In this document: piece by piece, positions 23,381 to 36,199 of the stretch | Layout: every line of letters starts with the position of its first letter | Position numbering within the stretch: the stretch's first letter is position 1 | Assembly: GCF_001194135.2 (NCBI RefSeq) | Contig: NC_068981.1 | Coordinates: 167,671,245-167,735,244, forward strand | Source: Octopus bimaculoides | Lineage: Eukaryota | Direction of reading: 5' to 3' | Length of the DNA: 64,000 bases | Position numbers and translations under genes: made by a program | Notes under the pieces: generated by a model | The model's database searches: none | Told to the model about the DNA's origin: nothing | Seen by the model: the letters and a program-made list of their open reading frames with translations, nothing else

Positions 23381-23584
23381 ATTAGTTACAATTGCTTCGG
23401 TATTAATCTGCTTTTAATGTCAATGTATGTAAATGATTCCACGCGAAAAGGTCTTATAATGTAAGAAAGCAGTCTTGATGTTAGTCTGTTGAAGTATCAC
23501 TCCACTATAATCAATTGGAGCTAATAATAAAAATGTGCTAAATTCACTGTTCGCCTTTTTAGTTCTCTACACATACAAACTTAT

Positions 23585-23742
23585 GTATGTGGCTGTGTGG
23601 TAAGAAGCTTATTTCCCAACCGCATGGTTCCAGGTTCAATCCCACAGCGTAGCACCTTGGGCAAGAGTCTTCTACTATAGCCACGAGCCGACCAAAGCGT
23701 TGTAAGTGGATTTGTTAGACGGAAACTGAAAGAAGCTCGTGA
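23585..23742 (+). mobile_element. SINE family B, head half
   Basis: gtggctgtgtggtaagaagc (A box)...ggttcaatccc (B box)...ccttgggcaagagtcttctactatagc...ggaaactgaaagaagc, then (CG)n(CA)n. Confidence 0.85.
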
Positions 23743-24370
23743 TACATACTCGCGCGCGCGCACACACACACACACACACATGGCTATAGGTACATATTTT
23801 CTTGCAGGAAACCAGCGTATCCTATTGGAAAGAAACATTGTTTGCATAGACGAACTCACCAATCCATTCTCATCCCACGTCTCGCTCATTTTCTCTTCAT
23901 TTTCTTGATTGTTATTTGTTTCCATAGTTTCTCTAAGGTTGTCCTATCTTGCATATATCCATTTATTATATTTATTGATATTTGCTACAATTTTTCTGCT
24001 TATTAATTCATTTACAAGTTTTATGACTATACAAACCACACACTATATATATATATATATATGTATACATATTTTTATTGTTTTCTCTGTTTTTCTCTTT
24101 CTATCTCAGTGTATCAATGTTTTTAATCACCGATTGACTGGTTATGAGTTAAAGTCGTCTGAGCAACCGGAAGTAGTAATCTCAGCGGTCCACTAATCCA
24201 TCAGCCAGCCTGGAAAAACTCGTGAGTGATTTACGAAATTAAAAATTTAATTGGTTTCAGCAGATTTCTTTCTTTTGTTATTCTTGTAGCTTGTTTCGTT
24301 CAAGTTATTTTATTTTAGTACTTATTTATTTTTGCGTAGTGCATCTTATGCAGTTTTTAATGTTTTGTAG

Positions 24371-24432
<62 letters not shown>

Positions 24433-24721
24433 TTCATAATTAAGCAGCAAGTTATCGAAATATCTTCTAAATATATCTTCAGTTGTGAAGAAGAGGCAAC
24501 ATGATGAGTTCTTAATTAGGCATGTAAATCGTAATGTAGGTGATGGAAGGGAGAATGATAGAGGTAGTCGGTGGTAGTAGAATGAGATTGCATAACATTA
24601 ATGTTTTTTTTCTCAGGCAACCTCTGTGAACAAGGTGGAAAGTAATCGTCAACCAGTAAGCAAACTCGGTTAATATTATTCTTCTTTTAATATTATTCTT
24701 CTTTTAATATTATTCTTTACC

Positions 24722-24990
24722 AAGGCGGAGAGCTGGCAGAAATGTTAGCAAAATGCTTAGCGGTATTTCATCCTTCTTTACGTTAATGCCTTTCTACAAT
24801 AGGCACAATGCTTGAAGTTTCGGGAGCCGGTGTAAGTCGATTACAGTTTTCAACTGGAACTTGTTTTATCGGCCCTGAAAGAATGAAAGGTAAAATGGAT
24901 TTCGGTGGAATTTGTACTCGGAACGTAATGACGGACGAAATGCCGCTAAGGATTTTATCCGGCGTGCTAACGATTCTGTCAGCTCGCAAT
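24722..24990. mobile_element. Inverted SINE family A pair (5' fragment on + 24722-24784; full copy on - about 24790-24990)
   Basis: gagctggcagaaatgttagca...aatgcttagcggtatttcatcc versus ggacgaaatgccgctaagg...tgctaacgattctgtcagctc. Confidence 0.8.
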
Positions 24991-25399
24991 AATATTAGTA
25001 ATAATAATAACAATAATTTATTAGCCACAGGGGCGTATATGAGGGGGACATCAGAAGGACAGACAGCAATTTGTGTGGGGATTTACATAAAGGATAGGAA
25101 GGAAGAAATGGAAAAGAAGGTGAAATGCAATAAAAGTATACACAGTATACAAAGGATGTGATAGCATAAATGATGCAGTCCTTATACAGCTAGGGCCAAT
25201 CAAAGAACTCCACAGATCCAGGATTACCCTGACCACCAAAGGCACAAACCCTCTCTCTCCTGCTCTCCAATGTATAGGAGCATATTTAGAGTAGGGTCAT
25301 TCACTCTAATTATCTTTGCATTCAGGAAATCCCACAAATTTCTGCCAAGGTTTATGCACCCCTCACACCACCCTCTTTTCCGGCCTATAAGCTAATGTT

Positions 25400-26030
25400 T
25401 GACTGTAAAGTATTTCACATGTGTAATTTTCGCCATTCTCAAACACTTTTCAAATATTCACTGGAAGTCAGCTTTTCTTTCTCCATCATCATCACTTTCC
25501 TCTCCAAGTGGAACATGAAGTCAGTAAAGAATTGGCCTGTTTTTAGTTCTTTTATTCTTTTCCACAATGAAATCTCTTTATCTATAGCCACCTTAATGAT
25601 AAGAAACTGCTTTTCTTTCGTGGCCAAAAATAGCCAAAGGCGATTTTCGCAATGGAATTGACCGTAACCAGGTTCGTTGCAATAGCTGTTCGACATAATC
25701 ACAAAAGTCAAGAATGCTTGGACATCGAAAACAATATATACAGAACGGTTTCGTTGCTCTGCGCCATCTGACATCTCGATGAGGGCCTGAAATGCATTCG
25801 ACCCTCCTTTATTGCTTGAATTCCGTCCTTGTTTCCGATCATTTCTAGTGAAGCCTGTGCTATTCTTGAACTCATACATCCTCCTCCTTCTCGCAAATAC
25901 AGCTATGACCAACGCTAGATTTTCATTAGTTATAATGTGAAAGCAAAGCCGAAAGATCTTAGCCTATCCCACTGGAAGCATCCTGGCAACTCTTATTATT
26001 TTTTGATGGCGCTCTTGTCGCCCCAAGCAA
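25400..26030 (-). mobile_element. Probable heavily decayed non-LTR RT fragment
   Basis: ORF 25439-25912 region reads AKIFRL...ALIEMSDGAEQRNRSVYIVFDVQAF...LKTGQFF, loosely matching RT motifs KIF / V.IVF.D..KAFD / G..QG; clade not assignable. Confidence 0.4.
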
Positions 26031-27034
26031 AAGTGTCAATCTTAGCAATCGACCAGTTATAGTCTTTATTACTGTTACTTTATTACAGCTGTGTAAACGG
26101 AGGTGGTGGTGGTGGTGGTGGTGGATGCTTAATACCGCAAAAGCTGGTAGACTATTGAGCTGGTAGTGACAGTGATATCGTTTTTATTTTGTTCTGTCAC
26201 TCGTCCTTGTTGTTGTTATTGTTGATGCTGATAATAATTCTATTTTTCTCAGCTTCGGTTGCGTTGTTCAAATTCTTCTCAGCTGCAGTGTGTCTTTATT
26301 TGCTATACTGGAAACGCACCTTGCTTCTCAATCATGTCTTTGTGGGAGTGAGGGGGAGAATAGTATTTGCATCGTTGATTGACAGAAATAAGTAGTCAAT
26401 TCCAAGGAAAATAGCAGACTCCCCTCACAGCACGTGTTTTTTATTATTATTCTCCCTTGATAACTGGATGTCAAATTTGACACCACANNNNNNNNNNNNN
26501 NNNNNNNNNNNNNNNNNNNNNNNNNNNNNNNNNNNNNNNNNNNNNNNNNNNNNNNNNNNNNNNNNNNNNNNNNNNNNNNNNNNNNNNNNNNNNNNNNNNN
26601 NNNNNNNNNNNNNNNNNNNNNNNNNNNNNNNNNNNNNNNNNNNNNNNNNNNNNNNNNNNNNNNNNNNNNNNNNNNNNNNNNNNNNNNNNNNNNNNNNNNN
26701 NNNNNNNNNNNNNNNNNNNNNNNNNNNNNNNNNNNNNNNNNNNNNNNNNNNNNNNNNNNNNNNNNNNNNNNNNNNNNNNNNNNNNNNNNNNNNNNNNNNN
26801 NNNNNNNNNNNNNNNNNNNNNNNNNNNNNNNNNNNNNNNNNNNNNNNNNNNNNNNNNNNNNNNNNNNNNNNNNNNNNNNNNNNNNNNNNNNNNNNNNNNN
26901 NNNNNNNNNNNNNNNNNNNNNNNNNNNNNNNNNNNNNNNNNNNNNNNNNNNNNNNNNNNNNNNNNNNNNNNNNNNNNNNNNNNNNNNNNNNNNNNNNNNN
27001 NNNNNNNNNNNNNNNNNNGTCAATTACATTGATC

Positions 27035-27078
<44 letters not shown>

Positions 27079-27119
27079 TGTGTGTGTGTATGCTTTTGGT
27101 ATGTGTGTCCATGTGTCTT

Positions 27120-27325
27120 TGTATTTGTGATTGATCCCAGTACCGTTTGACAACCGGTGTTGGTGTATTTACGTTCCCGTAACTCAGCAAAAGAGACCGA
27201 TAGAATTAATACCAGGCTTATTAAAGAAAAAAAAAAGTACTAAGGTTGATTTGTTCGGCTAAAATTCTTCAAGGCGATGCTCCAGCATGACCGCAGTTAT
27301 TTGACTGAAACAAGTGAAAGATAAA
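27120..27325 (+). mobile_element. SINE family B, 3' half after (TG)n and gap
   Basis: tttgacaaccggtgttggtg...gagaccgatagaat...aaggcgatgctccagcatgaccgcagttatttgactgaaacaagtgaaagataaa. Confidence 0.85.
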
Positions 27326-27901
27326 TGGTTCAGATAGTTAACTACCTTCATTCAAAAATAAATACGAAAGCCCCCTTATCCAGCAGCAATAATATGTTAT
27401 ACAATTATATGTTATACGAGCTCGCCTGAGAAAAAGTTGTAGGGAAATGAAAATTATGTGACTCCCAGGGCTATGCAAATTCATGTTACTAGAAAAACAA
27501 GATATCCAAATTTTATACACTTGTCAATTTGGCATGCCCAATATATTTAACTTCTCAGCAAAGAATGTCGAAAAAGATAGAAAAACCTAAAAAATACTGG
27601 TAACTGTGCAGAAACCTAGTAATTGAAATATCACAAAATGTGAATTTTGCACAAAAAAAAAAAAAAACAGTCCTTCTAATTATAGAAAAATCGAAAAACT
27701 GTCAGGAAAGCTTTCCATGTGTGAAGTTTAGAAAATTGTCGTTTCAAGAAGCGCTTCTAATCTGTGGAATATATCGATAGGATTTAAAAAGAGGAAAAGT
27801 ATACGCGAAGGAGGAGCTAACACAATTTTTTTTTATCCCTAGTCTTATAACACCTTCAGTAGTGCATGCATACTTAAAACAGTACAGTATTATAAAATAA
27901 G

Positions 27902-27943
27902 AATAACAATAACAACAACAGCAATAACAATAACAACAACAGC

Positions 27944-28035
<92 letters not shown>

Positions 28036-28061
28036 GAAGAAGAAGAAGAAGAAGAAGAAGA
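27902..28061 (+). repeat. Compound triplet microsatellite (AAC/AAT) to (AAT)n to (AAG)n
   Basis: Direct reading. Confidence 0.95.
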
Positions 28062-28062
28062 G

Positions 28063-28268
28063 TTTCAAATTTTGGCACAGGTCCAGCAGATTTTGAGGAG
28101 AGAGGAAGTCGATTATCTCAACCTCAGTGATTAACTGGCGCTTATTTTATCAACCCTGAAACGATGAAAGGCAAAATCGACCTCGGTAGAAATTGATTTC
28201 AGAAGGTAAAGACGGAAAGAATGCTGCTAAGCATTTTGTTGGGCGCGGTAATGATTCTGCCAGCTCAC
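28063..28268 (-). mobile_element. SINE family A
   Basis: Reverse complement of the family A head and core; ends gattctgccagctc. Confidence 0.8.
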
Positions 28269-28289
28269 TAACTTCATCATCATCATAAT

Positions 28290-28828
28290 AACCTGGCAGT
28301 GGTTCTCATGGCTTCTCATCTTAACTGACTAAAAGTGTTATCAAGTACATTCTTTTGCCTTGGTATATAAAAAAATGAGCTACAGCAAATATTCTACTGA
28401 ATACCACAGATTTGCCTGTCAGTTGTTTGACCTTAATCAGTTGTGCATGTTTCTTAGTGGCTGACAATATGTGCATCTCTGATCATGAGCAGAAGTAGTG
28501 GGGGAGCATCATAACCGTGTGTCGAGAGGAATTCTTTGGGATTTGCATAATTCACCTCTGGAAACATGGGTGTTTTGCTCAATATCTCTAAGCAACCCTT
28601 ATTCAGGGACATTCTGTGCGGGTTGGGCTACTCGACCTGAAGACAGTTCTAACTCCACCTGCAAGGTCATGCGTTTTTTGTCTTGACATAAGATCACCAT
28701 GTCACGCATATATGGTTGTGATGCATGTGCCTGGTGTACCCTCATCAGACGGGTAGTCATGATGGGTATAATAGGCTTCGTATATTTTACCCCAGTGTCA
28801 CTTTGATGGCATGCACTGCTCTCTCACT
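28290..28828 (-). mobile_element. Non-coding 540-bp element C, bounded by TAA/TCA repeats
   Basis: Homologous to the shorter copy at 28841-29088 (ctcatggcttct.atcttaactga...gtcagttgtttgaccttaa...gtgggggagcatcataac). Strand inferred from truncation. Confidence 0.7.
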
Positions 28829-28840
28829 TAATAATAATAA

Positions 28841-29086
28841 ATGTCCCGGTGCAATACCAATGCTTTGATGCAATATCAGGCACTAGCTCTCATGGCTTCT
28901 GATCTTAACTGATTGAAAGTGTTATCATTTACATGTTTTGTCTTGTTATACAAGATGGGCGACAGCAAATATTCTGCTCAATAACATAAATATACTTGTC
29001 AGTTGTTTGACCTTAACCCTTTGTGGCTGACGATGTGTGCGTCTCTGATCAAGGATAGAGGTAGTGGGAGAGCATCATAACTATGT

Positions 29087-29088
<2 letters not shown>
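28841..29088 (-). mobile_element. Element C, truncated tandem copy between (TAA)n tracts
   Basis: Aligns to 28290-28520; flanked by taataataataa (28829-28840) and (TAA)n (29088-29160). Confidence 0.75.
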
Positions 29089-29126
<38 letters not shown>

Positions 29127-29204
29127 TAATATTAATAATAACGATAATAATAATAATAATATCAAAATGATTGAGGTAACTCCTCCTGAAGATATAGAGT
29201 CAAA

Positions 29205-29442
29205 ATTAAAAAAAAGTGCCATTGTTATCTAGTGAACGATATTTTGACATCTTGTGTGTCTTCAACTGGCTCAAAAAATAAATTTGTCAAGCTACTTCAT
29301 TTTGGTTAATATATAAAGGATTGAAGTAACTCCTTTATATATCAACTAAATTGAAGTAGCTTGACAAATTTATTTTTTGAACCAGTTGAAGACACACAAG
29401 ATGTCGAAATATCATTCACTAGAAAACAATGGCACGCTTCTT

Positions 29443-29447
<5 letters not shown>
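29205..29447. repeat. Foldback / long inverted repeat (about 116-bp arms, 10-nt spacer)
   Basis: 29205-29320 is the reverse complement of 29331-29447 with about 9 differences; spacer ttgaagtaac. Confidence 0.95.
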
Positions 29448-29491
<44 letters not shown>

Positions 29492-29639
29492 TAATAATAA
29501 TAATAATAATAAAGACCAAAACAAAGAAAAAGAAAAATACTTACACGAGCTAAGCCGCTTTCTTAATTGCGGGAAGATCAAGCCAAAAATAAAAAAATAA
29601 AAAAGAAAGAAAGAAGGGAGGCGGGCAAAGAAATAATAC

Positions 29640-30120
29640 ATAATGAGCAGAATACGGTAAGTAACTGCAAAATATATGGTAATAGGAAATAAGCAATAAA
29701 TATTGTCTCTGGGTACTAAGTCATGGTCAAGGAAAAATATTCTATGGACATATAAAACTCCCAGTTTTTATATATCTACAGACATGTGGATTATGCAATA
29801 CCAATAGGAAAGTGATTGTGTCGGCTTACTCCGGAAAAGGTCAAAGAAAATAACAATGCAGTCATACTCTGAGATATGCCAATACACAGAAATAGAGAGA
29901 TTAGGGATAATCGACCAGATATTACTGATAAGGTCCACCAAGCAATTATATAATTGACATATTAATCCCACCAAGAAATGATGATAGAGAAACTATCGAA
30001 ATAGAAAGATCTAGAAATAGAAAAAACACGAATGTGGAGCTTGAGAACAAAAACAATCCCTTTAATAATAAGTGTTTTGGGAATTTTACAAACAAATGCA
30101 TAACACAAGCCCCAGGACTT
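29640..30120 (+). mobile_element. R4/Dong-like LINE C-terminal fragment (zinc knuckle plus RLE), decayed
   Basis: TPEKVKENNNAVIL*DMPIH..REIRDNRPDI...KDLEIEKTRMWSLRTKTIP.II.VLGI matches the R4-clade ILWD...NRPDI and KY.DL..EI.RMW motifs. Confidence 0.75.
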
Positions 30121-30132
30121 ACAAATATTCTT

Positions 30133-30553
30133 TGCTACTCTAGGCACAAGGCCGAAATTTTCGGGGAGGGGCCAGTCGATTAGATCGATCCCAGTACGCA
30201 ACCGGTACTTAATTTATTGACCCCAAAAGGATGAAAGGCAAAGTTGACCTCGGTGGAATTTGAACTCAGAACGTAAATACAGAAGAAATGCCACTAAGCA
30301 TTTCGCTCGGCGTGCTAACGTTTCTCATTTCTTTATTGCCCACAAGGGGCTAAACATAGAGGGGACAAACAAGGACAGACAAAGCGATTAAGTCGATTAC
30401 ATCGACCCCCAGTGCGTAACTGGTACTTAATTTATCGACCCCGAAAGGATGAAAGGCAAAGTTGACCTCGGCGGAATTTGAACTCAGAACGTAAATACAG
30501 AAGAAATGCCGCTAAGCATTTCGCCCGGCGTACTAACGTTTCTGCCAGCTCCA
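30133..30553 (-). mobile_element. Two tandem SINE family A copies with different tails
   Basis: Cores at about 30200-30322 and 30418-30542 differ at about 7 of 125 positions. Confidence 0.85.
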
Positions 30554-31987
30554 CGCCATGGACTTACAAATATTTATTACATACGGGAAATAGTACTGCC
30601 AGGCACCGCACACATCTTACCTAGAACATTCTCTATACAGTGAAAGTAGTAGTAGTAGTAGTAGTAGTAGTTCTAACAAAGGCACAAGGCCTATGATCTG
30701 TGAAGACAGGACCTAAGATCGATAGATATTGATTATACTGCCGATCCCGCTACTTGATTGGTAAAGAATAATCGTTGCTTTTCATTTTTCATTAGGGTTC
30801 ATTCACACACACAATAAAGAGTGCTACAAAAAAAAAAAAAAAAGGTTTTACTGGAAATGTAGGGATGCAGAGAGTTCAATAAGGATGAGTGATGAGGCAA
30901 AAATATTACACGTTGTACAAATGGAAGTAATTAAAATGCGATCCAAATAAATACACATAAGTAGACTAGTAAACACAAACCCACACACACACGCGCACAC
31001 ACACATACACACACACACATACACACACACAAACACACACATACACACACATATATTTATATGTGTATATATAAATACATCGTTCTTGTACATGCATATA
31101 TGTATGCTCATACATACATACATACATACATACATACATACGCACATACATATATACGTATATACATACATACCTACATACAGACATATATACGTACATA
31201 CATACGTACATACATACATACATACATGCATATACATATGTGTGTGTACATTGATAGTGTTGTTTTCACGAACAAAAACAAAAGCACTATTGTATTTAGA
31301 ATACAAAATGTAACACATACACTTTAACTGGGTTGATGTCGTTTTAGACATTGATCGTCAGCATCTCGCATTTTTATTGTTATCAGGTTATAACAATTCA
31401 GGCGTCGTTATCGCAATATTGATAATTGTAAACTAACTTCTTATTGCCTTAGAGAAGACCGTTTGTTCTGTTAAAAAAGACTCCCATTTGGTATGGACCC
31501 ATATACATCCCTGTATGTCTAAATACGTGCATATATGAACAATTTTGACACGTACCTATAGAGCAGATATGTGTACCTAAATTTCTATTCTCCCGGGCCG
31601 ACTAAAGGTAATGAATTTGCTAGAGAGAAACTCAAAGTAACTCTCTTACCCACAATTCTAGAAACAATGAGGTATATAACACTATTATTCAAGATTTACC
31701 TGTGCTCATTAGGAACCATAAAATAAACCAAATTCTATATACACACAAGTTTTTCAAAAGTAAAAAGAAAAAATTAACAAAAGCAACCAGAATCACATGC
31801 GAAACTGTACCCAGCAAGAACGGAACTGAGAGTTTAAAATTGCGGGCAATGTGACTCCGGAACATGTGCTAAATTATTGGAAGGTTCGGAATTTCCCTTT
31901 GAAGGTTTTCTCCAACAAAATTTCCGTGCATTTTTGTCTATGTTAGAGTTCATCAATCACGTAGCGAGGTCGATATAAGCAGCTAGT

Positions 31988-32120
31988 CTCCTCCTCCTCC
32001 TCCTCCTCCTCCTCCTCCTCAAATTTCTGACCTTTATGAGAAACAATGTTGGAAACCACCACCACCACCATCATCACCATCATCACCATCATCATCACCA
32101 TCATCACCATCATCATCATT

Positions 32121-32212
<92 letters not shown>
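31988..32212 (+). repeat. (CTC)n and compound (CAC/CAT)n microsatellites; further (CAT)n at 32444-32492
   Basis: Direct reading; source of the poly-H/D/M/I ORFs. Confidence 0.95.
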
Positions 32213-32213
<1 letters not shown>

Positions 32214-32223
32214 GGCAGCAGCA

Positions 32224-32415
32224 AAGCAGCACGTGATTGAATCGTTAGCACACCGGTCAAAAATGCTTAGCGCTATTTCTTTCTGTTTACGATCTGAGTT
32301 CAAAACACCACCGAGATCGACTTCACATCTGATAAGTACCACTTGCGCACTGGAGTCGATGTAATCGACTCGCTCCTCTCCACAGATTTCATTCCTTGTG
32401 CTTTTAGTATAAAGG
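32224..32415 (+). mobile_element. SINE family A, internally deleted
   Basis: gaatcgttagcacaccggtcaaaaatgcttagcgc...gagttcaaa...gataagtaccacttgcgcactggagtcgatgtaatcgact. Confidence 0.75.
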
Positions 32416-32442
32416 ATTAAAATAATATTAATATCAACAGCC

Positions 32443-32491
<49 letters not shown>

Positions 32492-32784
32492 TATCATTGC
32501 AATCATCATGTTTATGTTTGAAGGGTTGATAATAATGATGCTAAATGTGATGATTATAGTGGCGTTGAGTATAATGATGTTAATATTGACTGAATAATAT
32601 ATTGGAAGTATAATGATAAACTTTTCTTTTTAATCGATTCCTTACTCCCTTTTTCCTCTCTCAGTCTTATAACCCCTTCCATCAATCCTGTTCTTAAGAT
32701 TAAGCTGGGAAACGTATGTTTGTTTGCTTGTGTGTATGTGTGTGTGTGCGTGCGTGCATGTGGGCGTGCATGTGTGTGCGTGTG

Positions 32785-32836
<52 letters not shown>

Positions 32837-33018
32837 ATACATATATATATATTATTTATAATATGTAATATATATACATATATATGAACTTGAATGTATG
32901 TATCTGTATGTGTAAGTCTGCACGCGTGTATATATATATATGAGATATATATATGTGCAAAAGTACACACATTTACGTGCATATGCATATACATACATAC
33001 ATATGCATAACATACATA

Positions 33019-33081
<63 letters not shown>

Positions 33082-33937
33082 GCAATGCTAAAAGAAAAGG
33101 AAAATAAAATCCGCTAATCCATTTTCATTGAATACAAAGCTATTACTCAAGATGCATATGATTTTGTGTTGTGCGTGAGAAAGAATGCAAGATGGATGAT
33201 GACGAATGGAACAACACCAACAAATGCGGCTACAACAATAGCAATAACAACTACTGCAACAAACAACGTTTGTTGATTCGATATGATAATAGTAATAGAA
33301 GGAAAAAAAGGGGGTCATGTTTCCTGACGCTTTGTAGAAATATATATTTTAATAGACGGATTTCCACTAAGAACCATATAATTAACAAGGAAAATACGGC
33401 CAGCAAAATGATGGACATTGATCGTCTGCAAACAACCAAGTATTAGAAATGAAAAACGATCGACATATTCTGACAGAAGGAACTGATGGAAAAAAAAATT
33501 GACGATGAAGGAGAACACAGAAGTGAATTTAAATCAAATAAATACCCTTTAAAACAGCTTTCCATGCATGAGAATTTATAACATCGTGCACCAAACAAAC
33601 TTGTGCATTTTCATACATATTTTATTATGCGCATACGTACATGTACATGCACAGACACGTATATGTATGTGTGTGTGCGTGTGTGTGTATATATATATAT
33701 ATATATCTATATGTGAGAACTATTTGCTATGACCCTATGTATGTGTGTGTATGTGTGTGTGTGTGTATGTGTGTGTGTGTGTGCTTGTGTATCTATGCAA
33801 ATACACACCTGAATATACATGCGTGTGTATCTTTATATTTTTATCTTTTACTTCTTTCAGTCACTAGACTGCGGCCATGTATATAATTACGCGTTCGCAC
33901 ACACATACACAGACATACGTATTTGTATGATTGTGTA

Positions 33938-33984
<47 letters not shown>

Positions 33985-34094
33985 TTGATGTGTGTGTGTA
34001 AGAGACTGAGAGAGAGAAAGAGGGAGAAAGAGAAAGTGTGTGCGTGTGCGCGCATACAAAGAAAGACTATCCAGTTAATATACATCCATTTTTA

Positions 34095-34298
34095 AGGTGG
34101 CGAGCTGGCTGAAACGCCGGGAGAAATGCTTAGTGGTATTTCGTCTGTGTTTGTTCTGAGTTCAAATTCCGCTGAAGTCGACTTTGCCTTTCATCCTTTC
34201 GAGGTCGATAAATTAAGTTCCAGTTGCGTACTGGGGTCGATCTAATCGACTGATCCCCTCCCCAAAACTTTTGGACCTTGTGCCTAGAGTAGAAAAGA
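34095..34298 (+). mobile_element. SINE family A
   Basis: aaggtggcgagctggc...gagttcaaattccgctgaagtcgactttgcctttcatcc...ttgtgcctagagtagaaaag. Confidence 0.9.
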
Positions 34299-34697
34299 AT
34301 ATATACATACATACACACATACATATATAGAGAAACAGAGAAAGAGATGTCTGTATGTATGTATGTATATGCATGTGTGTGTGTGTGTGTAGCATGCACG
34401 AAACACGAACGTTGAAGATGCTTCTTTTGCAGCCATGAGGTCTGAGCAAATGGCATTTTCACTAGCCTGGAGTCGGTGCACGCGCGCACGCGCGCACACA
34501 CACACGTACACACACACANNNNNNNNNNNNNNNNNNNNNNNNNNNNNNNNNNNNNNNNNNNNNNNNNNNNNNNNNNNNNNNNNNNNNNNNNNNNNNNNNN
34601 NNNNNCGTACACACACACACACACACACACACGTACACACACACACACACACACACACGTACACACACACACACGTACACACACACGTACACACACA

Positions 34698-34860
34698 CGT
34701 AAATCGGACAGGCTTCTTTCACGTTCCGTCCTCCAAATCTACTTACAAGGTCCGAGACTAAAGTAGAACACACTTGCCCAAGAAGTTGCGCTGAGGGACT
34801 GAACCCAAGACCACGTAGTTGGATAGCAAGCGTGTTAACCACACAGCTGCGCCTGTGCCT
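34698..34860 (-). mobile_element. SINE family B, head half
   Basis: Reverse complement of 23585-23742 (ttgcccaag, gactgaaccc, aaccacacagc); adjoins (CA)n/gap. Confidence 0.75.
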
Positions 34861-35898
34861 ATAAAACTGAGAAAAGCTGAAGGCGTCTTTTTTTTGTCCT
34901 TTACTGTTTTTCACTTGGCTTTTACAAACCCCTCCCTTCGATTAAAACCAATTCTGTTTTCGGTTGAAGAAATATAGCCTCATATATTTACATGCTGCCT
35001 GTAGAATAGAATTTCATGTCTGGCAAAGAAAACCGTTTTATTAACCGTATATAATTGATGTACACCACCACCCAGCCCAACCTTGACGAACCCCCTATTT
35101 CATTAAACGTGTCAACATTAATATACATTGATTAATGTTCTTTTGTTTAGATCTATTTGGATAACTAATTTATGGCAGAGAAAACTGGAGCCATTTTTAC
35201 TTTAATTTTACTTATGTCAGCTATTAATATCTCGCCTCTGAAACAATAGATTTTTCTATGGGTATACTATTCTTTAATTTCAATCAGGCTTTCTTATATT
35301 TTTCAGACCGTTCTTACGTTTATTATTTAGTTAAAATAATTTTAGCTTTCGACTTTTACGATCCCAAAGGGTTTTTCGACACAATATTTACATGCTGTAA
35401 TTTATAGCTTTATGTGTGTACTTCGAGGTTTTCCTAGAAAGAATTAAAAATTTTTACTTAACATTAAGAATCATCAAACTTTTAGGGGAGGCGTTAAACA
35501 AACTTATTCGTTTATATCTCTTCACAAAGAACAAGGCGATGTAAACGAAATGATATTTATAGTGCGCGGTGGTGGTGGTGGATCATGCGAATCCCATAAT
35601 CCATTGCTTTGTTAAGACTCTGCTCGAAAACATTTGAAGCAATGATTCATTATTTAGTCACAAGGTCAGCAATTTTGAAGGGAGGGAGTGTAGGCAACAC
35701 CGTCAACCCCCGTACTTCATTGGGGAAAATATTCAGTCTAGGAGGGAAAGTTGTTTAGTTGACCACAGAATATTAACTGAAGAGGTAAAGTAACAAAGCT
35801 GTGCATTAAAAGTACATTTACTCACGTACTCAACAGTTTTTTTCCATCCTATCACCCTTTTATCCTATGGTCTATGGTACAATATATATTTGAACATG

Positions 35899-36093
35899 CA
35901 AGGGGAGTACTGAAAGGTTCCTCCTTTGGGTAAAAGAAAATACAGGAGTATCAGTTAATCATGATTTTATTCAAACACTTATTGCAACAATTCTTCATTT
36001 TTTCTAAGCCCTGTAAAAGAACTCCGATGGTTGGGCTTCCAGCCAGCCCCTTTCGTGATACCCTTAAAGCCAGTAACTTTTCAGCACCCTTCC
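35899..36093 (-). mobile_element. Short non-autonomous mariner derivative with both TIRs
   Basis: aggggagtactgaaaggttcc ... agtaacttttcagcacccttcc-TA; the interior is the reverse complement of 16361-16548. Confidence 0.75.
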
Positions 36094-36199
36094 TACTTAT
36101 TTCACAAGAGTAATTTGGATCCTTATTTTAGTCATTCGATCAAATGTCTCAGATTTAGTGAATAGATATAAATTTTTGGTTTGGGGATGAAATATTCTT

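Noticed and set aside
23585-23655. tRNA-like heads of SINEs (also 44068-44125 and 17085-17155)
   Set aside because: A and B boxes are present but there is no complete cloverleaf, and they continue into SINE bodies; not tRNA genes.
25773-25800. HHR-like string tcgatgagggcctgaaatgcatt
   Set aside because: Core imperfect, stem II too short, lies within a probable RT remnant.
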